58,545 bases of DNA from an uncultured SAR86 cluster bacterium (GTDB lineage: Bacteria; Pseudomonadota; Gammaproteobacteria; Magnimaribacterales; D2472). A program made the position numbers and the translations under genes. Location of the stretch: contig CABXUO010000004.1 in NCBI GenBank assembly GCA_902515455.1, positions 1-58,545 on the forward strand, given 5' to 3'. The number at the start of each line of letters is the position of its first letter. Position 1 is the stretch's first letter. Under the pieces are notes generated by a model. That model did no database searches. It was not told the origin of the DNA and was given only the letters and a program-made list of their open reading frames with translations. Positions 10,383 through 19,928 of the stretch are shown here, piece by piece.

Positions 10383-11786
10383 TTACTGAATCCTATTTTT
10401 CTGTGGTTGAATAATTCCTAAATCAAAATCAGTGATTGGTTGAATTTTAGGATCGTTAATATCGAATGCCATAGCTCCGTCAATTAAAACTTTTTCAGCT
10501 TTTGAATAAACACTAAAAGGATCACCAGACCAAAGAACTATGTCAGCGTCTTTACCAATTTCAATGCTTCCTGTTTGGTCAATTATTCCAGCGGCTTTAG
10601 CAGGATTACTTGTTATCCAGCGCATTGCGTGAGCTTTCGATATATTGAAGCCAGCCCTATTGCCGGCAGCCATAGCCTTGGCTGCTTCTTCATTGAGATG
10701 CTGAATTCCAACTGGGTCATCAGAGTGCACAATGGCACAACCGGTTCCATTACGGGCTTGATCAACAATCGCAACATTCGCCTGAACCATATCATATGCC
10801 TCATGCTTGAAGCCCCACCAGTCAGCCCACAATGCTGCACAGATTCCTTCATCTGCTAAAAGATCTGCTATTTTGTAAGCTTCAACAGCATGATGAAAAG
10901 CAGTAATTTTATAATCAAATTCTTTTGATAGTTCAATCATCATAGCCATCTCATCAGCTCTATAACAATGATTTTGAACTAAAATTTCACCTTTCAAGAC
11001 TCCCATCAAAGTATCCAAAGCTAAATCTCTTTTTGGCCGACGATCTTCATTAGATTCATTCATTCCGTCAGCGTATTCAACTGCGTCTATCCATGCACTT
11101 CTATAACCTGCCATGTTTCCCATTCTTGTTGAGGGAGATTGCCTACGATTACCATAAACCCTTTTTGGATTCTCGCCACAAGCCATCTTTAACGAATGTG
11201 GCGCGCCAGGAAATTTCATTGCCTGAATGGTGTTTCGGGATATATTTTTAAAAGTTGCGCCTCTGCCCCCAAATAAATTCGCGGATCCAGGTAAGACGTG
11301 AAAAGTAGTCACCCCTCCCTTGAGTGCCAAAGCAAATTGAGGATCTTGAGTCCACAGTGAATGCTCTGCCCAAACTTCGGCAGTCACTGGAGAGGTTGCT
11401 TCATTCCCATCAGAACTTGTAGATACTCCCGGGGCAGAATAAACTCCCATGTGCGAATGAATATCAATAATGCCTGGAGTGATCCACTTATCAGTTGCAT
11501 CTATAACAAAGACTCCTGGAGCTGAAATAGATTTACTAATTTCCTTAATCACTCCATCTGAGAGAAGCAGATCATAGTTTAAGAATTCACCTCCAAGACC
11601 ATCGTAAATGTTAGCTGACCTAAAAAGGATCGGTTGCGAATACATAGGGATATATGTTGACTCGAATGCATTATCAATCCCTTGATAAACAGAATCTGAT
11701 GATCCAAATGAAACATCAATATCAAAACTATCAGAGCAACTGACTAAGATAAAAAGTAGAGAAGGTAAAAAAAATTTATTTGTCAT
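10383..11786 (-). CDS. Lipoprotein amidohydrolase (metal-dependent)
   Basis: Lipobox LVSC; PGIIDIHSH, LKMACGENPK, NHCYR, HHAVE, HSDD, NPAKAAG, GKDADIVLWSGDP. Confidence 0.88.
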   Translation of the reverse strand: MTNKFFLPSLLFILVSCSDSFDIDVSFGSSDSVYQGIDNAFESTYIPMYSQPILFRSANIYDGLGGEFLNYDLLLSDGVIKEISKSISAPGVFVIDATDKWITPGIIDIHSHMGVYSAPGVSTSSDGNEATSPVTAEVWAEHSLWTQDPQFALALKGGVTTFHVLPGSANLFGGRGATFKNISRNTIQAMKFPGAPHSLKMACGENPKRVYGNRRQSPSTRMGNMAGYRSAWIDAVEYADGMNESNEDRRPKRDLALDTLMGVLKGEILVQNHCYRADEMAMMIELSKEFDYKITAFHHAVEAYKIADLLADEGICAALWADWWGFKHEAYDMVQANVAIVDQARNGTGCAIVHSDDPVGIQHLNEEAAKAMAAGNRAGFNISKAHAMRWITSNPAKAAGIIDQTGSIEIGKDADIVLWSGDPFSVYSKAEKVLIDGAMAFDINDPKIQPITDFDLGIIQPQKNRIQ

Positions 11787-11844
11787 CGTAGATTTTCCTC
11801 TTGATAAAAGATTATAGGACCATTTAAAGAGATATAATATTTAT

Positions 11845-12549
11845 ATGACAAGAAAAAATAATAGGTCAAATAATGAAATGAGGCCTCTAAAGATTGAAGT
11901 TGGGGTCAATAAACATGCTGAAGGTTCAGCTCTGATAAAATTTGGAGATACGCATGTTATTTGCACTGCAAGTATTGAAAATCATGTTCCCAGATGGATG
12001 CGTGGTTCAAATGAAGGGTGGATTACTGCTGAATATGGAATGCTGCCTCGCTCAACTCATGAAAGGATGAATAGAGAAGCTGCAAGAGGCAAACAAAGCG
12101 GAAGGACTATGGAAATTCAAAGATTGATAGGCAGGTCACTAAGGCAAGCTGTTGATTTAAAATATTTAAAGGATAAAACAATTAATATAGATTGCGATGT
12201 TATACAGGCAGATGGCGGAACAAGAACTGCATCTATATCGGGTGCTTGCGTTGCATTATTTGCTGCTATTAAAAACTCACATGATGATCAAAGAGCAATC
12301 AAAGAACACGTTGCGGCAATTTCTATTGGATTAAAAAATGGCTCTCCACTTTTGGATTTAGATTATGAGGAAGATAGCTCTGCCGATACAGATTTAAATG
12401 TGGTTATGACCGAAAACGGGGGCATCATAGAAATACAAGGCACAGCTGAAAAAAATTCTTTTACAAAAGGTCAGCTTGATGAAATGCTTGAATCCGCCTC
12501 AGAAGGTATTTCAGATATAATAGCTCTCCAAAAATCATGTCTGGCTTAA
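11845..12549 (+). CDS. rph: Ribonuclease PH
   Basis: [48 protein letters not shown]. Confidence 0.98.
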   Translation: MTRKNNRSNNEMRPLKIEVGVNKHAEGSALIKFGDTHVICTASIENHVPRWMRGSNEGWITAEYGMLPRSTHERMNREAARGKQSGRTMEIQRLIGRSLRQAVDLKYLKDKTINIDCDVIQADGGTRTASISGACVALFAAIKNSHDDQRAIKEHVAAISIGLKNGSPLLDLDYEEDSSADTDLNVVMTENGGIIEIQGTAEKNSFTKGQLDEMLESASEGISDIIALQKSCLA

Positions 12550-13184
12550 AAGATTTTCAGAAAACTTTTATTGAACTCGCACTTCAAACAAATGCATTAG
12601 AGTTTGGAAAATTTACTCTTAAATCTGGAAGAATCAGTCCATATTTTTTCAATGCTGCAAAAATGCTTAATGGCTGCGATTTACATAAGCTTGCTAATTG
12701 TTATATTGATGCAATTAAGAATTTAAATGTAGAATTTGACTGTCTTTATGGTCCTGCATACAAAGGAATCTTTTTGGGCTCAATTATTGCAACAGTTTTA
12801 AGTCAAAGAGGTACTCCGTACCCTCTTTGTTTTAATAGAAAAGAGATCAAAGATCACGGTGAGGGTGGAGATATTATTGGCCCGGATCCAGCTGGAAATG
12901 TTTTAATTATCGATGACGTTCTGTCTGCCGGTACTGCCGCAAGAGAATCAATTAAAATTTTAGAAAATTTCAATGCGACACCAAAGATTTTTCTTATTGG
13001 TCTGGATAGACAAGAGAAAGGAAAAGCTGACCTATCTGCAAAATCAGAACTTGAGAAAGATTTTGATATTCAAGTCTCATCCATAATAAATTTAGATGCT
13101 CTCATAGAGTACTCTCAAAATAATCAGGATTTTAATACTTACATATCAGAGCTTGAAGAATATAGAATGAGTTGGGGTGCATAA
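12537..13184 (+). CDS. pyrE: Orotate phosphoribosyltransferase
   Basis: [44 protein letters not shown]. Confidence 0.97.
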   Translation: MSGLKDFQKTFIELALQTNALEFGKFTLKSGRISPYFFNAAKMLNGCDLHKLANCYIDAIKNLNVEFDCLYGPAYKGIFLGSIIATVLSQRGTPYPLCFNRKEIKDHGEGGDIIGPDPAGNVLIIDDVLSAGTAARESIKILENFNATPKIFLIGLDRQEKGKADLSAKSELEKDFDIQVSSIINLDALIEYSQNNQDFNTYISELEEYRMSWGA

Positions 13185-13795
13185 TGTTTACTGGAATTGT
13201 CAGCGGCAAGGGTAATCTTCAAAAAATCATCAGATGTGAAGATTATGTCTCCTTGGTCATTAAGGCGCCTAAAGGCTTTGCCAAAAATTTATCTAGGGGA
13301 GCAAGTGTTTCTGTAAATGGAGTCTGTCTGACAGTAAAAAAAGGCAAAACAGATCTTTTAGAATTTGATGTCATTGAAGAAACTTTAAAGAAAACAAATT
13401 TAAAGAATTTGGTTCAATCATCTAAAGTTAATTTAGAGCGCTCTATGACAGCTAAAACTGAAATTGGCGGGCATCTAGTCTCTGGTCACATTCATGGAAC
13501 CGGAGAAGTCTTAAAAGTAATAAATAGAAAAGAGACAAAAGATTTGCTGATAAAAATTCCATCGGACTTGAAGGAATATTTTTTTTACAAGGGTTATGTA
13601 GCTTTAAATGGATGCAGTCTAACGATAGGAAAAGTACTCAAATCCTCATTTTATATTCATCTCATTCCTGAAACTGTCTCAATCACAACATTTCAGGAGA
13701 TCAAAAAGGGAGACCTCGTTAACATTGAAGTTGAACAAGCAACCATCAATACTGTTGAGACTGTAAAAAGAGTTATGCTTGAGAGAAAAGTTTAG
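13184..13795 (+). CDS. ribC: Riboflavin synthase (alpha chain)
   Basis: Invariant MFTGIV N-terminus (ATG at 13184 overlaps pyrE TAA), SVNGVCLTV, VNLER, GGHLVSGH, NGCSLT, VNIE. Confidence 0.95.
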   Translation: MFTGIVSGKGNLQKIIRCEDYVSLVIKAPKGFAKNLSRGASVSVNGVCLTVKKGKTDLLEFDVIEETLKKTNLKNLVQSSKVNLERSMTAKTEIGGHLVSGHIHGTGEVLKVINRKETKDLLIKIPSDLKEYFFYKGYVALNGCSLTIGKVLKSSFYIHLIPETVSITTFQEIKKGDLVNIEVEQATINTVETVKRVMLERKV

Positions 13796-14687
13796 TTAAG
13801 ACTGCCATTCTCATCCCCACACCATTAAAAATTTGGTTACTAATTTTACAATTATCCAACTCGCCTACTTCTTTGCTCAATTCAATCCCAAAGTTTACTG
13901 GTCCTGGATGTAATAAAATCATTTCTGGATCTGCTACTTGGAGTGAATCAACATTAATTTGATACCTTTCAATATAATCGGTGGCGCCAATAGTTAGCTT
14001 TTCAGACAACCTCTCATTTTGAATCCTGAGCGCCATAACAACATCCGCATCTTGTAATGCAGTATCTAACTCAGGTTCAAAATTTCCAATTGGAGTCTCA
14101 ATAAAATTCTTGCAAAGATCGGGATGGCCACAAAATGTTAAACTTTTAAATCCCACAATTTGAATTGCCTCCATGAAAGAATTTACCACTCTAGAGTGAT
14201 CAAGATCACCTACAATGGTAATTTTAAGATCCTCAAATCTTTCTTTTGATTCATGAATCGTCATTAGATCAATCAGTGTTTGTGAAGGATGAGAAATGGA
14301 GCCTTCTCCAGCATTAATGAATTGCATGTTTGAAAAGTCTTTTACATAGTCATGGATAACTGAATCAGTGTGGCGCAGAATGCATAAATCAACTCCCATC
14401 ATCTCAACTGCATTTATAGTATCCTCAAGGGTCTCTCCCTTTTTTATAGAGGAATTAGATAAATCAAAATCTATAAATTTTGCCCCCAAATTATGAGCTG
14501 CTATTTCGAAAGATAATTTTGTTCTGGTACTTGGCTCGCAGAAGATCGAAACAATCTTTTTATCTGGAAACAGATTTTCACTTCGATAGTCCAATGAATC
14601 CTCAGACTTGAAATTATTTGCAAGCTCAATCAAATCAAAAATATCTTTCTTTCTTAGATCAGTAAAGTTGATTAGATTTTTTGACAT
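13773..14687 (-). CDS. pyrB: Aspartate carbamoyltransferase catalytic subunit
   Basis: EPSTRTKLSFE, SSIKKGETLEDT, INAG, HPSQTLID, GDLDHSRV, RIQNER, HPGP. Confidence 0.96.
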   Translation of the reverse strand: MSKNLINFTDLRKKDIFDLIELANNFKSEDSLDYRSENLFPDKKIVSIFCEPSTRTKLSFEIAAHNLGAKFIDFDLSNSSIKKGETLEDTINAVEMMGVDLCILRHTDSVIHDYVKDFSNMQFINAGEGSISHPSQTLIDLMTIHESKERFEDLKITIVGDLDHSRVVNSFMEAIQIVGFKSLTFCGHPDLCKNFIETPIGNFEPELDTALQDADVVMALRIQNERLSEKLTIGATDYIERYQINVDSLQVADPEMILLHPGPVNFGIELSKEVGELDNCKISNQIFNGVGMRMAVLTKLFSQA

Positions 14688-15070
14688 TAAACTTCTATGG
14701 ACAAAATAGCATCCATTTCAATATCAACTCCTTTTGGAAGTTTAGAAATTTCTATCGTTGCTCTGGCTGGGAAAGGCTCTGAGAATCTTTTGCTCATGAT
14801 CTGATTTACTTCATCAAATTTTTCAAGATCTGTTAGAAAAATTGTTAATTTAAGAATATTATTAAGTCCGCCGCCTGATTCAATGCAAATTGCCTCAAGA
14901 TTATCCATAACTTGAGACGCTTGATCATAAAATGTTTCGTTATTAAGTTCTCCTGAACTTGGTATAAGTGGTATTTGCCCTGAGATGAAAACTACATCGC
15001 CCCATTGGATTGCCTGTGAGTATGGGCCAATAGCTGCGGGTGCTTTATTTGTAAAAATTTGTTTCTTCAT
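14687..15070 (-). CDS. ridA: RidA family enamine/imine deaminase
   Basis: APAAIGPYSQA, SGQIP, FPARA, LPKG; downstream of spoT. Confidence 0.93.
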   Translation of the reverse strand: MKKQIFTNKAPAAIGPYSQAIQWGDVVFISGQIPLIPSSGELNNETFYDQASQVMDNLEAICIESGGGLNNILKLTIFLTDLEKFDEVNQIMSKRFSEPFPARATIEISKLPKGVDIEMDAILSIEV

Positions 15071-17267
15071 TTTTAGATTTTTTATCGTTAACTATTCTTG
15101 AACAACTTGTCACATATCTTAATGAACGCAATTTTATCATTAATTTATTTATTGAATCAGCATTAAGAACTTCAACTTCCACTAAAAATTCAATAATCAT
15201 TGAATCAATATCTCTACTGTGGATATTCACTATGTTTAGGTTAGATTTTGTAAAAACAGATGCAATATCTGCTAATATTCCTGGTCTATCTTCTGCATGA
15301 ATTTTAACATGACCTTTGTAATGAAGTTCCTTACTATCACTGCCCCACATCGCTGGAAAGTATCTGGCTGATAAAGTATTGCTTCTGGGAATATAAACTT
15401 GTCTACATCGTGAGTGGTGAATAACTATTCCTCTATCAGTGTCTGAATGAGCTGTGATTGGATCACCATGAACCGGCATACAACATTTTGCGTAAGTAAC
15501 AGACACTCCCTCAATTTGATGATCAGATAAAACCATTGATTTAAATTTAGGTTTTTTATTTTTCTTAAATCTCAATCCAGAAAAGAACCTCTCAGCGACC
15601 AAAGCTCCAGTTTTTTTTCCAGAGCCTAAATCAGTTAAAAGTTCATTTAAAGATTTTACCCCTAGCATCTCCAAGATTCGAGACATCTTGCTGCCGCGAT
15701 ATTGATCCAATGTTATTCCACCTCTTCTTAATTCACTCTCCAGCATGAGTTTGCCAGCTTTTCTTGACTGTGAAATCTTTTGATTTCTTAAGGCAAGTCT
15801 AATAGAAGATCTAGCCTTGCTTGTCACCACAAAATTTAACCAGTCCGGACTTACCTCTTGTTTATCTGAAGAAATAATTTCAATTGATTGTCCATTTTCA
15901 AGACGAATATTGAGAGGCGCAAACTTTCTATTAACTCTACATGCAATTGCTTTATTGCCAAGCTCTGTATGAAGTTCATAGGCAAAGTCAATTGGAGTAG
16001 AACCAGATTTAAGATTTACAATTTTTCCTTTTGGGGTAAAAACATATACCTCGTCATAGACTAAATCCGTTTTAATTGCTTCAACAAATTCGTGAGAATT
16101 AATGGTTGCTTTATCTAAATCAGTAAAACTTTCGATCCATTTTCTTGCACCGATTGCCTCAGACTTAACACTATCTTTTGTCTTATATGACCAATGAGCA
16201 GAAATACCATTTTCAGCAATAATTTCCATGCTTTTAGTTTGTATTTGAACTTCAATTGGCACTCCATCTAGTGCAATAAGTGAGGTATGAATCGCTTGAT
16301 AACCATTTGATTTTGGTATGGCGATATAGTCTTTAAATTTTTTACCTATGGGTTTGTGTAAATTATGAATAACTCCTAATGCTCTGTATGCATCATCGAC
16401 TGAATCAACGATAACTCTAAAGGCATAAACATCTAGTATTTGAGAGAATGGCTTTTTTTTATCTTTGATCTTTCTGTATATGCTATAGAGAGATTTTTGC
16501 CTGCCCTGAACAATCGCTGAAATCTCACTGTTTTTTAGGTAATACTTAAACTGCTTTCTGAGCTTAGATATAATTTTTTGTCTCCCTCCAACTGCTTGTT
16601 TGATAGCAGAATTAAGCATTCTTGCTCGCAGGGGGTGCAAACATTGAAAAGCTAAATCTTCTAGCTCCACACGAATGTTTTGCATTCCTATTCTAATTGC
16701 AATCGGTCCATACAATTCCAGGGTCTCTATTGACTTACTAATTTGCTTTTCTCTTGGCAAAAATTCGATGGTGCGCATGTTATGAAGTCGATCACATAAC
16801 TTTACAATAATAACTCTTATGTCTTTTGACATAGCTAAAGCCATTTTTTGTAAATTATTTGCATTGCGATCTTCTATGCTTTGAAAATCCAGTTTGTTTA
16901 AATTGCTCACTCCATCAACAATTGCAACGATATCTTTACCAAAAAGTTTTTCTAAATAAGATTTCTGAATAAAACTGTCCTCAAGGACATCATGCATAAG
17001 GCCTGCGCATACAGTTTCAATATCTAAATTAAGTTCAATTAAAATTGATGTGACTGCAATAGGATGGGTTATGTATGCTGAACCATCTTTTCTGGATTGT
17101 TCTTTATGGGCCTGAAAAGCAACATTATATGCGGTTTCTAAAAGATCTAGTTCGTTCTTAGAAAAATATATTTTTGCTGATTTATATAGCTTTTTTGGAA
17201 CCGGTGAAAGAAGTTTTCTGTTAGAGAAATCTAAGAGTACTTGACTGGGAAGGGCCCGTTCACTCAA
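15045..17267 (-). CDS. spoT: Bifunctional (p)ppGpp synthetase/hydrolase
   Basis: YITHP, HDVLED, DRLHNMRT, KDYIAIPKSNGYQ, TGS domain (TPIDFAY), CC zinc finger, ACT domain; after rpoZ. Confidence 0.97.
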   Translation of the reverse strand: MSERALPSQVLLDFSNRKLLSPVPKKLYKSAKIYFSKNELDLLETAYNVAFQAHKEQSRKDGSAYITHPIAVTSILIELNLDIETVCAGLMHDVLEDSFIQKSYLEKLFGKDIVAIVDGVSNLNKLDFQSIEDRNANNLQKMALAMSKDIRVIIVKLCDRLHNMRTIEFLPREKQISKSIETLELYGPIAIRIGMQNIRVELEDLAFQCLHPLRARMLNSAIKQAVGGRQKIISKLRKQFKYYLKNSEISAIVQGRQKSLYSIYRKIKDKKKPFSQILDVYAFRVIVDSVDDAYRALGVIHNLHKPIGKKFKDYIAIPKSNGYQAIHTSLIALDGVPIEVQIQTKSMEIIAENGISAHWSYKTKDSVKSEAIGARKWIESFTDLDKATINSHEFVEAIKTDLVYDEVYVFTPKGKIVNLKSGSTPIDFAYELHTELGNKAIACRVNRKFAPLNIRLENGQSIEIISSDKQEVSPDWLNFVVTSKARSSIRLALRNQKISQSRKAGKLMLESELRRGGITLDQYRGSKMSRILEMLGVKSLNELLTDLGSGKKTGALVAERFFSGLRFKKNKKPKFKSMVLSDHQIEGVSVTYAKCCMPVHGDPITAHSDTDRGIVIHHSRCRQVYIPRSNTLSARYFPAMWGSDSKELHYKGHVKIHAEDRPGILADIASVFTKSNLNIVNIHSRDIDSMIIEFLVEVEVLNADSINKLMIKLRSLRYVTSCSRIVNDKKSKNEETNFYK

Positions 17268-17288
17268 TTAGCAACTCCAAGACTTTCA

Positions 17289-17561
17289 TTAGCCTATAAT
17301 ATCGTCTTTAGGCTTATCTCTATCAATAGAAAATTCATCTAATAAAAGATCCTCTTCAAGGGTCTTATCAAGAATTTCTCTTGTGATCAAACCCTCTTCT
17401 ATTTCTCTTAAAGCAACGATAGTTGGTTTATCGTCTTCCCATTCAACCATGGGTTCTCTGCTAGTTGTTGAAAGTTGTCTTGCTCTTCCAGATGCTAATA
17501 AGATTAATTCAAATCTACTATGGACCTTATCTAAACAACCTTCTACTGTAATTCTTGCCAT
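17289..17561 (-). CDS. rpoZ: RNA polymerase omega subunit
   Basis: [29 protein letters not shown]. Confidence 0.97.
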   Translation of the reverse strand: MARITVEGCLDKVHSRFELILLASGRARQLSTTSREPMVEWEDDKPTIVALREIEEGLITREILDKTLEEDLLLDEFSIDRDKPKDDIIG

Positions 17562-17599
17562 AATTTTGTCCTCGAGCGCGTATTTTAGTGTTTATTTAC

Positions 17600-18229
17600 C
17601 TAATAAGACAATAGCTGAGCTAAAAACTGTTGTACTTCTTCGTTATTTATCTGATTTAAGGACTCATTTTGAGCAATAATGTTAAATAGCTCACCAGCTG
17701 CCTTATCAAAAGAATCATTAACTATGAGGTGCTTGTATTCACTTGCATGCTCCAACTCGTCTTTTGCATTTTTTAATCTTAAATCAATTGCATTGAGATC
17801 TTCGTCTCCCCTATTTCTTATGCGTTCTTCTAAAGAATGAATCGAAGGAGGGAGAATAAAAATAGACTCATAATTCATTGATAAACCATTAATTTGTCTG
17901 AATCCTTGTACATCGATTTCAAGAATTAAATTTACTCCCATAGACAATTTTGATTTTACAAAATCAGTAGAGGTGCCATACAAATTTCCATGAACTTCGG
18001 CAAACTCTAAAAAGAAATTTGTATTTTTTTTATCTAGAAATTCTTCTTTTGATACAAAAAAATAATCTTTGCCATCAGATTCTCCTTTTCTAGGCAATCT
18101 TGTTGTGTAAGAAACAGATAATTCTAAGGGTAAATCAGACTTATTTGCTCTGGCTAGAGCCGCATCTATCAATGATGACTTGCCAGCACCAGATGGAGCA
18201 GAAACTAAAAAAAGCTTAGGATCTTTCAT
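17600..18229 (-). CDS. gmk: Guanylate kinase
   Basis: SAPSGAGKSS, SYTTR.PR.GE, EFAEVHGNLYGT, LEIDVQG, FILPPS. Confidence 0.98.
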   Translation of the reverse strand: MKDPKLFLVSAPSGAGKSSLIDAALARANKSDLPLELSVSYTTRLPRKGESDGKDYFFVSKEEFLDKKNTNFFLEFAEVHGNLYGTSTDFVKSKLSMGVNLILEIDVQGFRQINGLSMNYESIFILPPSIHSLEERIRNRGDEDLNAIDLRLKNAKDELEHASEYKHLIVNDSFDKAAGELFNIIAQNESLNQINNEEVQQFLAQLLSY

Positions 18230-19081
18230 TATTCTAAATTTAAGGCTTGTTCACGCAATTCTTCTACTTTCAATTTCATAGTAAGGGCTAAGTCCTTTAA
18301 ATCTGATTTTTCAATTTTTACTGATAAAGTATTTACTTCCCTAAAAAGCTCCTGAAGGATGAAGTCCATTTTTTTTCCATGAGCATTTTTAAGCTTAAAT
18401 AATTTGTTTAAAGATTCAATATGAAAGCTGATTCTTTCAAGCTCTTCAGCTATATCATGCTTAATTGCTAAATTTGAAACTTCATTAGCTATTTCATCCT
18501 TAGTTATGTCAATCTTTTTTTGAACAAACCTATTCTTGATAGCCTTTTCTCTATGTCTTAACAATGAAGGTGCTGATTTAAATAATTTATGATGGGCGTT
18601 TTTTAAGAAGAGTGTCTTTGCTAAAATGATTTTTTCTATCTTTTTACCCTCCTTTGCCCTTGATTCAACCAAATTCTTTATTGCAATGTTTAATGCCTTT
18701 TTTCCCAACATAGCGATATCTTTTTTTTGAAGTCTTCACTGTTAATAAACCAGGAATATCCCTCAGATCACTTAATTTGAGATTTAAATGTTTAAAATCC
18801 TCACTTGATTTCAAAGTTTTCTTTAGGTTTCTAATACCCTCTTCATTGAGCTCATAGGAGTGATCTGACTGGAAATTATCAAAGATTTTGACTTCAAAGG
18901 AGCCTCTTAAAAATTTTTTCTTTATTTGATTTTTAATATACTCCTCTAAATCATTTGGAAGGCTATAACCTTTAAATGAAATATCTATAAATCTGTTATT
19001 GACAGACTTAATTTCACACAAAACCTCCATCTTTTTTGATGTGGCTTGTCCAGAGCCGTAACCTGTCATGCTATAAAACAT
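18229..19081 (-). pseudogene. yicC: YicC/YloC family endoribonuclease, split by a frameshift in an A8 run (possibly a sequencing error)
   Basis: N-half (SMTGYG, EIKSVNNRF) in ORF 18665-19081; C-half (DIAEELER, GKKMDFILQELFREVNT, EELREQ) in ORF 18229-18711; removing one base of T8 at 18721-18728 gives a single 283-aa ORF. Confidence 0.85.
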
Positions 19082-19105
19082 ATAATTCCCAAATAATCAT
19101 AATTA

Positions 19106-19885
19106 TTATCTCATTAAACCACTGTCTGATAACTTTTGTGGATCGAATGATTTGCCAATGGTATCCGAGGCAATAAAAAAATCTTGAAAGGAGCATTCAG
19201 GACATATACGAGAAAAAATTTCACTATAACTTTGAGCTTTCTCACTGCAAATTAATACTCCATATATTTGAGTTTGTTCTTGATTACAAAGATAGTTTTT
19301 TATAACTGATGCAAGATTATCTCTACTAAACAAATTCGCTTCACTAAAACGGAGTGGATATTTTTTTCCATCAAAAGAATCTACATGACTTTTCATCCAA
19401 TGTTTGCGTTCGTCATATAATCCTGAGGGTCTGAGTATCAAAGGTTCAACTTTGGATTCACTTAATACAAAATTTTCAAAATCTAAGATAATTCTTCCTT
19501 GATCATCATCAGGTATAGGAATGACTGATTCAGTAATATTTCGTCCATTGTCCAAACCATAAACTCTGGTTGAACTCACAATTACTAACTTTTCAAAAAT
19601 AATGTTGTGATTTAGAAAATCAATAATTTTACGTGATGCCTCCAGAAACCCTGTTTGATAGCCGCCCACATCTGGAGAAGTTGGTTTTAATATTAAGACC
19701 ACCGATGAAATATTCTCTTGCGGGAGATTAAGAATTGAGTCCTCTATCCAATCTAAATTAATAAATTCAACATTATCTTGATGCGCAGGCCTGCTTCTGG
19801 AAACTCCCACAAATTGATAATTTGGGCTCATTGAAGCTACGCGCATTCCAATATCTCCATAGCCTAAAATTAAAATTTTTTTCAT
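19106..19885 (-). CDS. NAD(P)-dependent epimerase/atypical SDR
   Basis: KILILGYGDIG, VSSTRVYG, LRPSGLY; likely start at the second ATG (19885). Confidence 0.8.
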   Translation of the reverse strand: MKKILILGYGDIGMRVASMSPNYQFVGVSRSRPAHQDNVEFINLDWIEDSILNLPQENISSVVLILKPTSPDVGGYQTGFLEASRKIIDFLNHNIIFEKLVIVSSTRVYGLDNGRNITESVIPIPDDDQGRIILDFENFVLSESKVEPLILRPSGLYDERKHWMKSHVDSFDGKKYPLRFSEANLFSRDNLASVIKNYLCNQEQTQIYGVLICSEKAQSYSEIFSRICPECSFQDFFIASDTIGKSFDPQKLSDSGLMR

Positions 19886-19928
19886 ATATTTGTTTCTAAA
19901 GTTCATATATTAAAAGTATTATCGGTAA

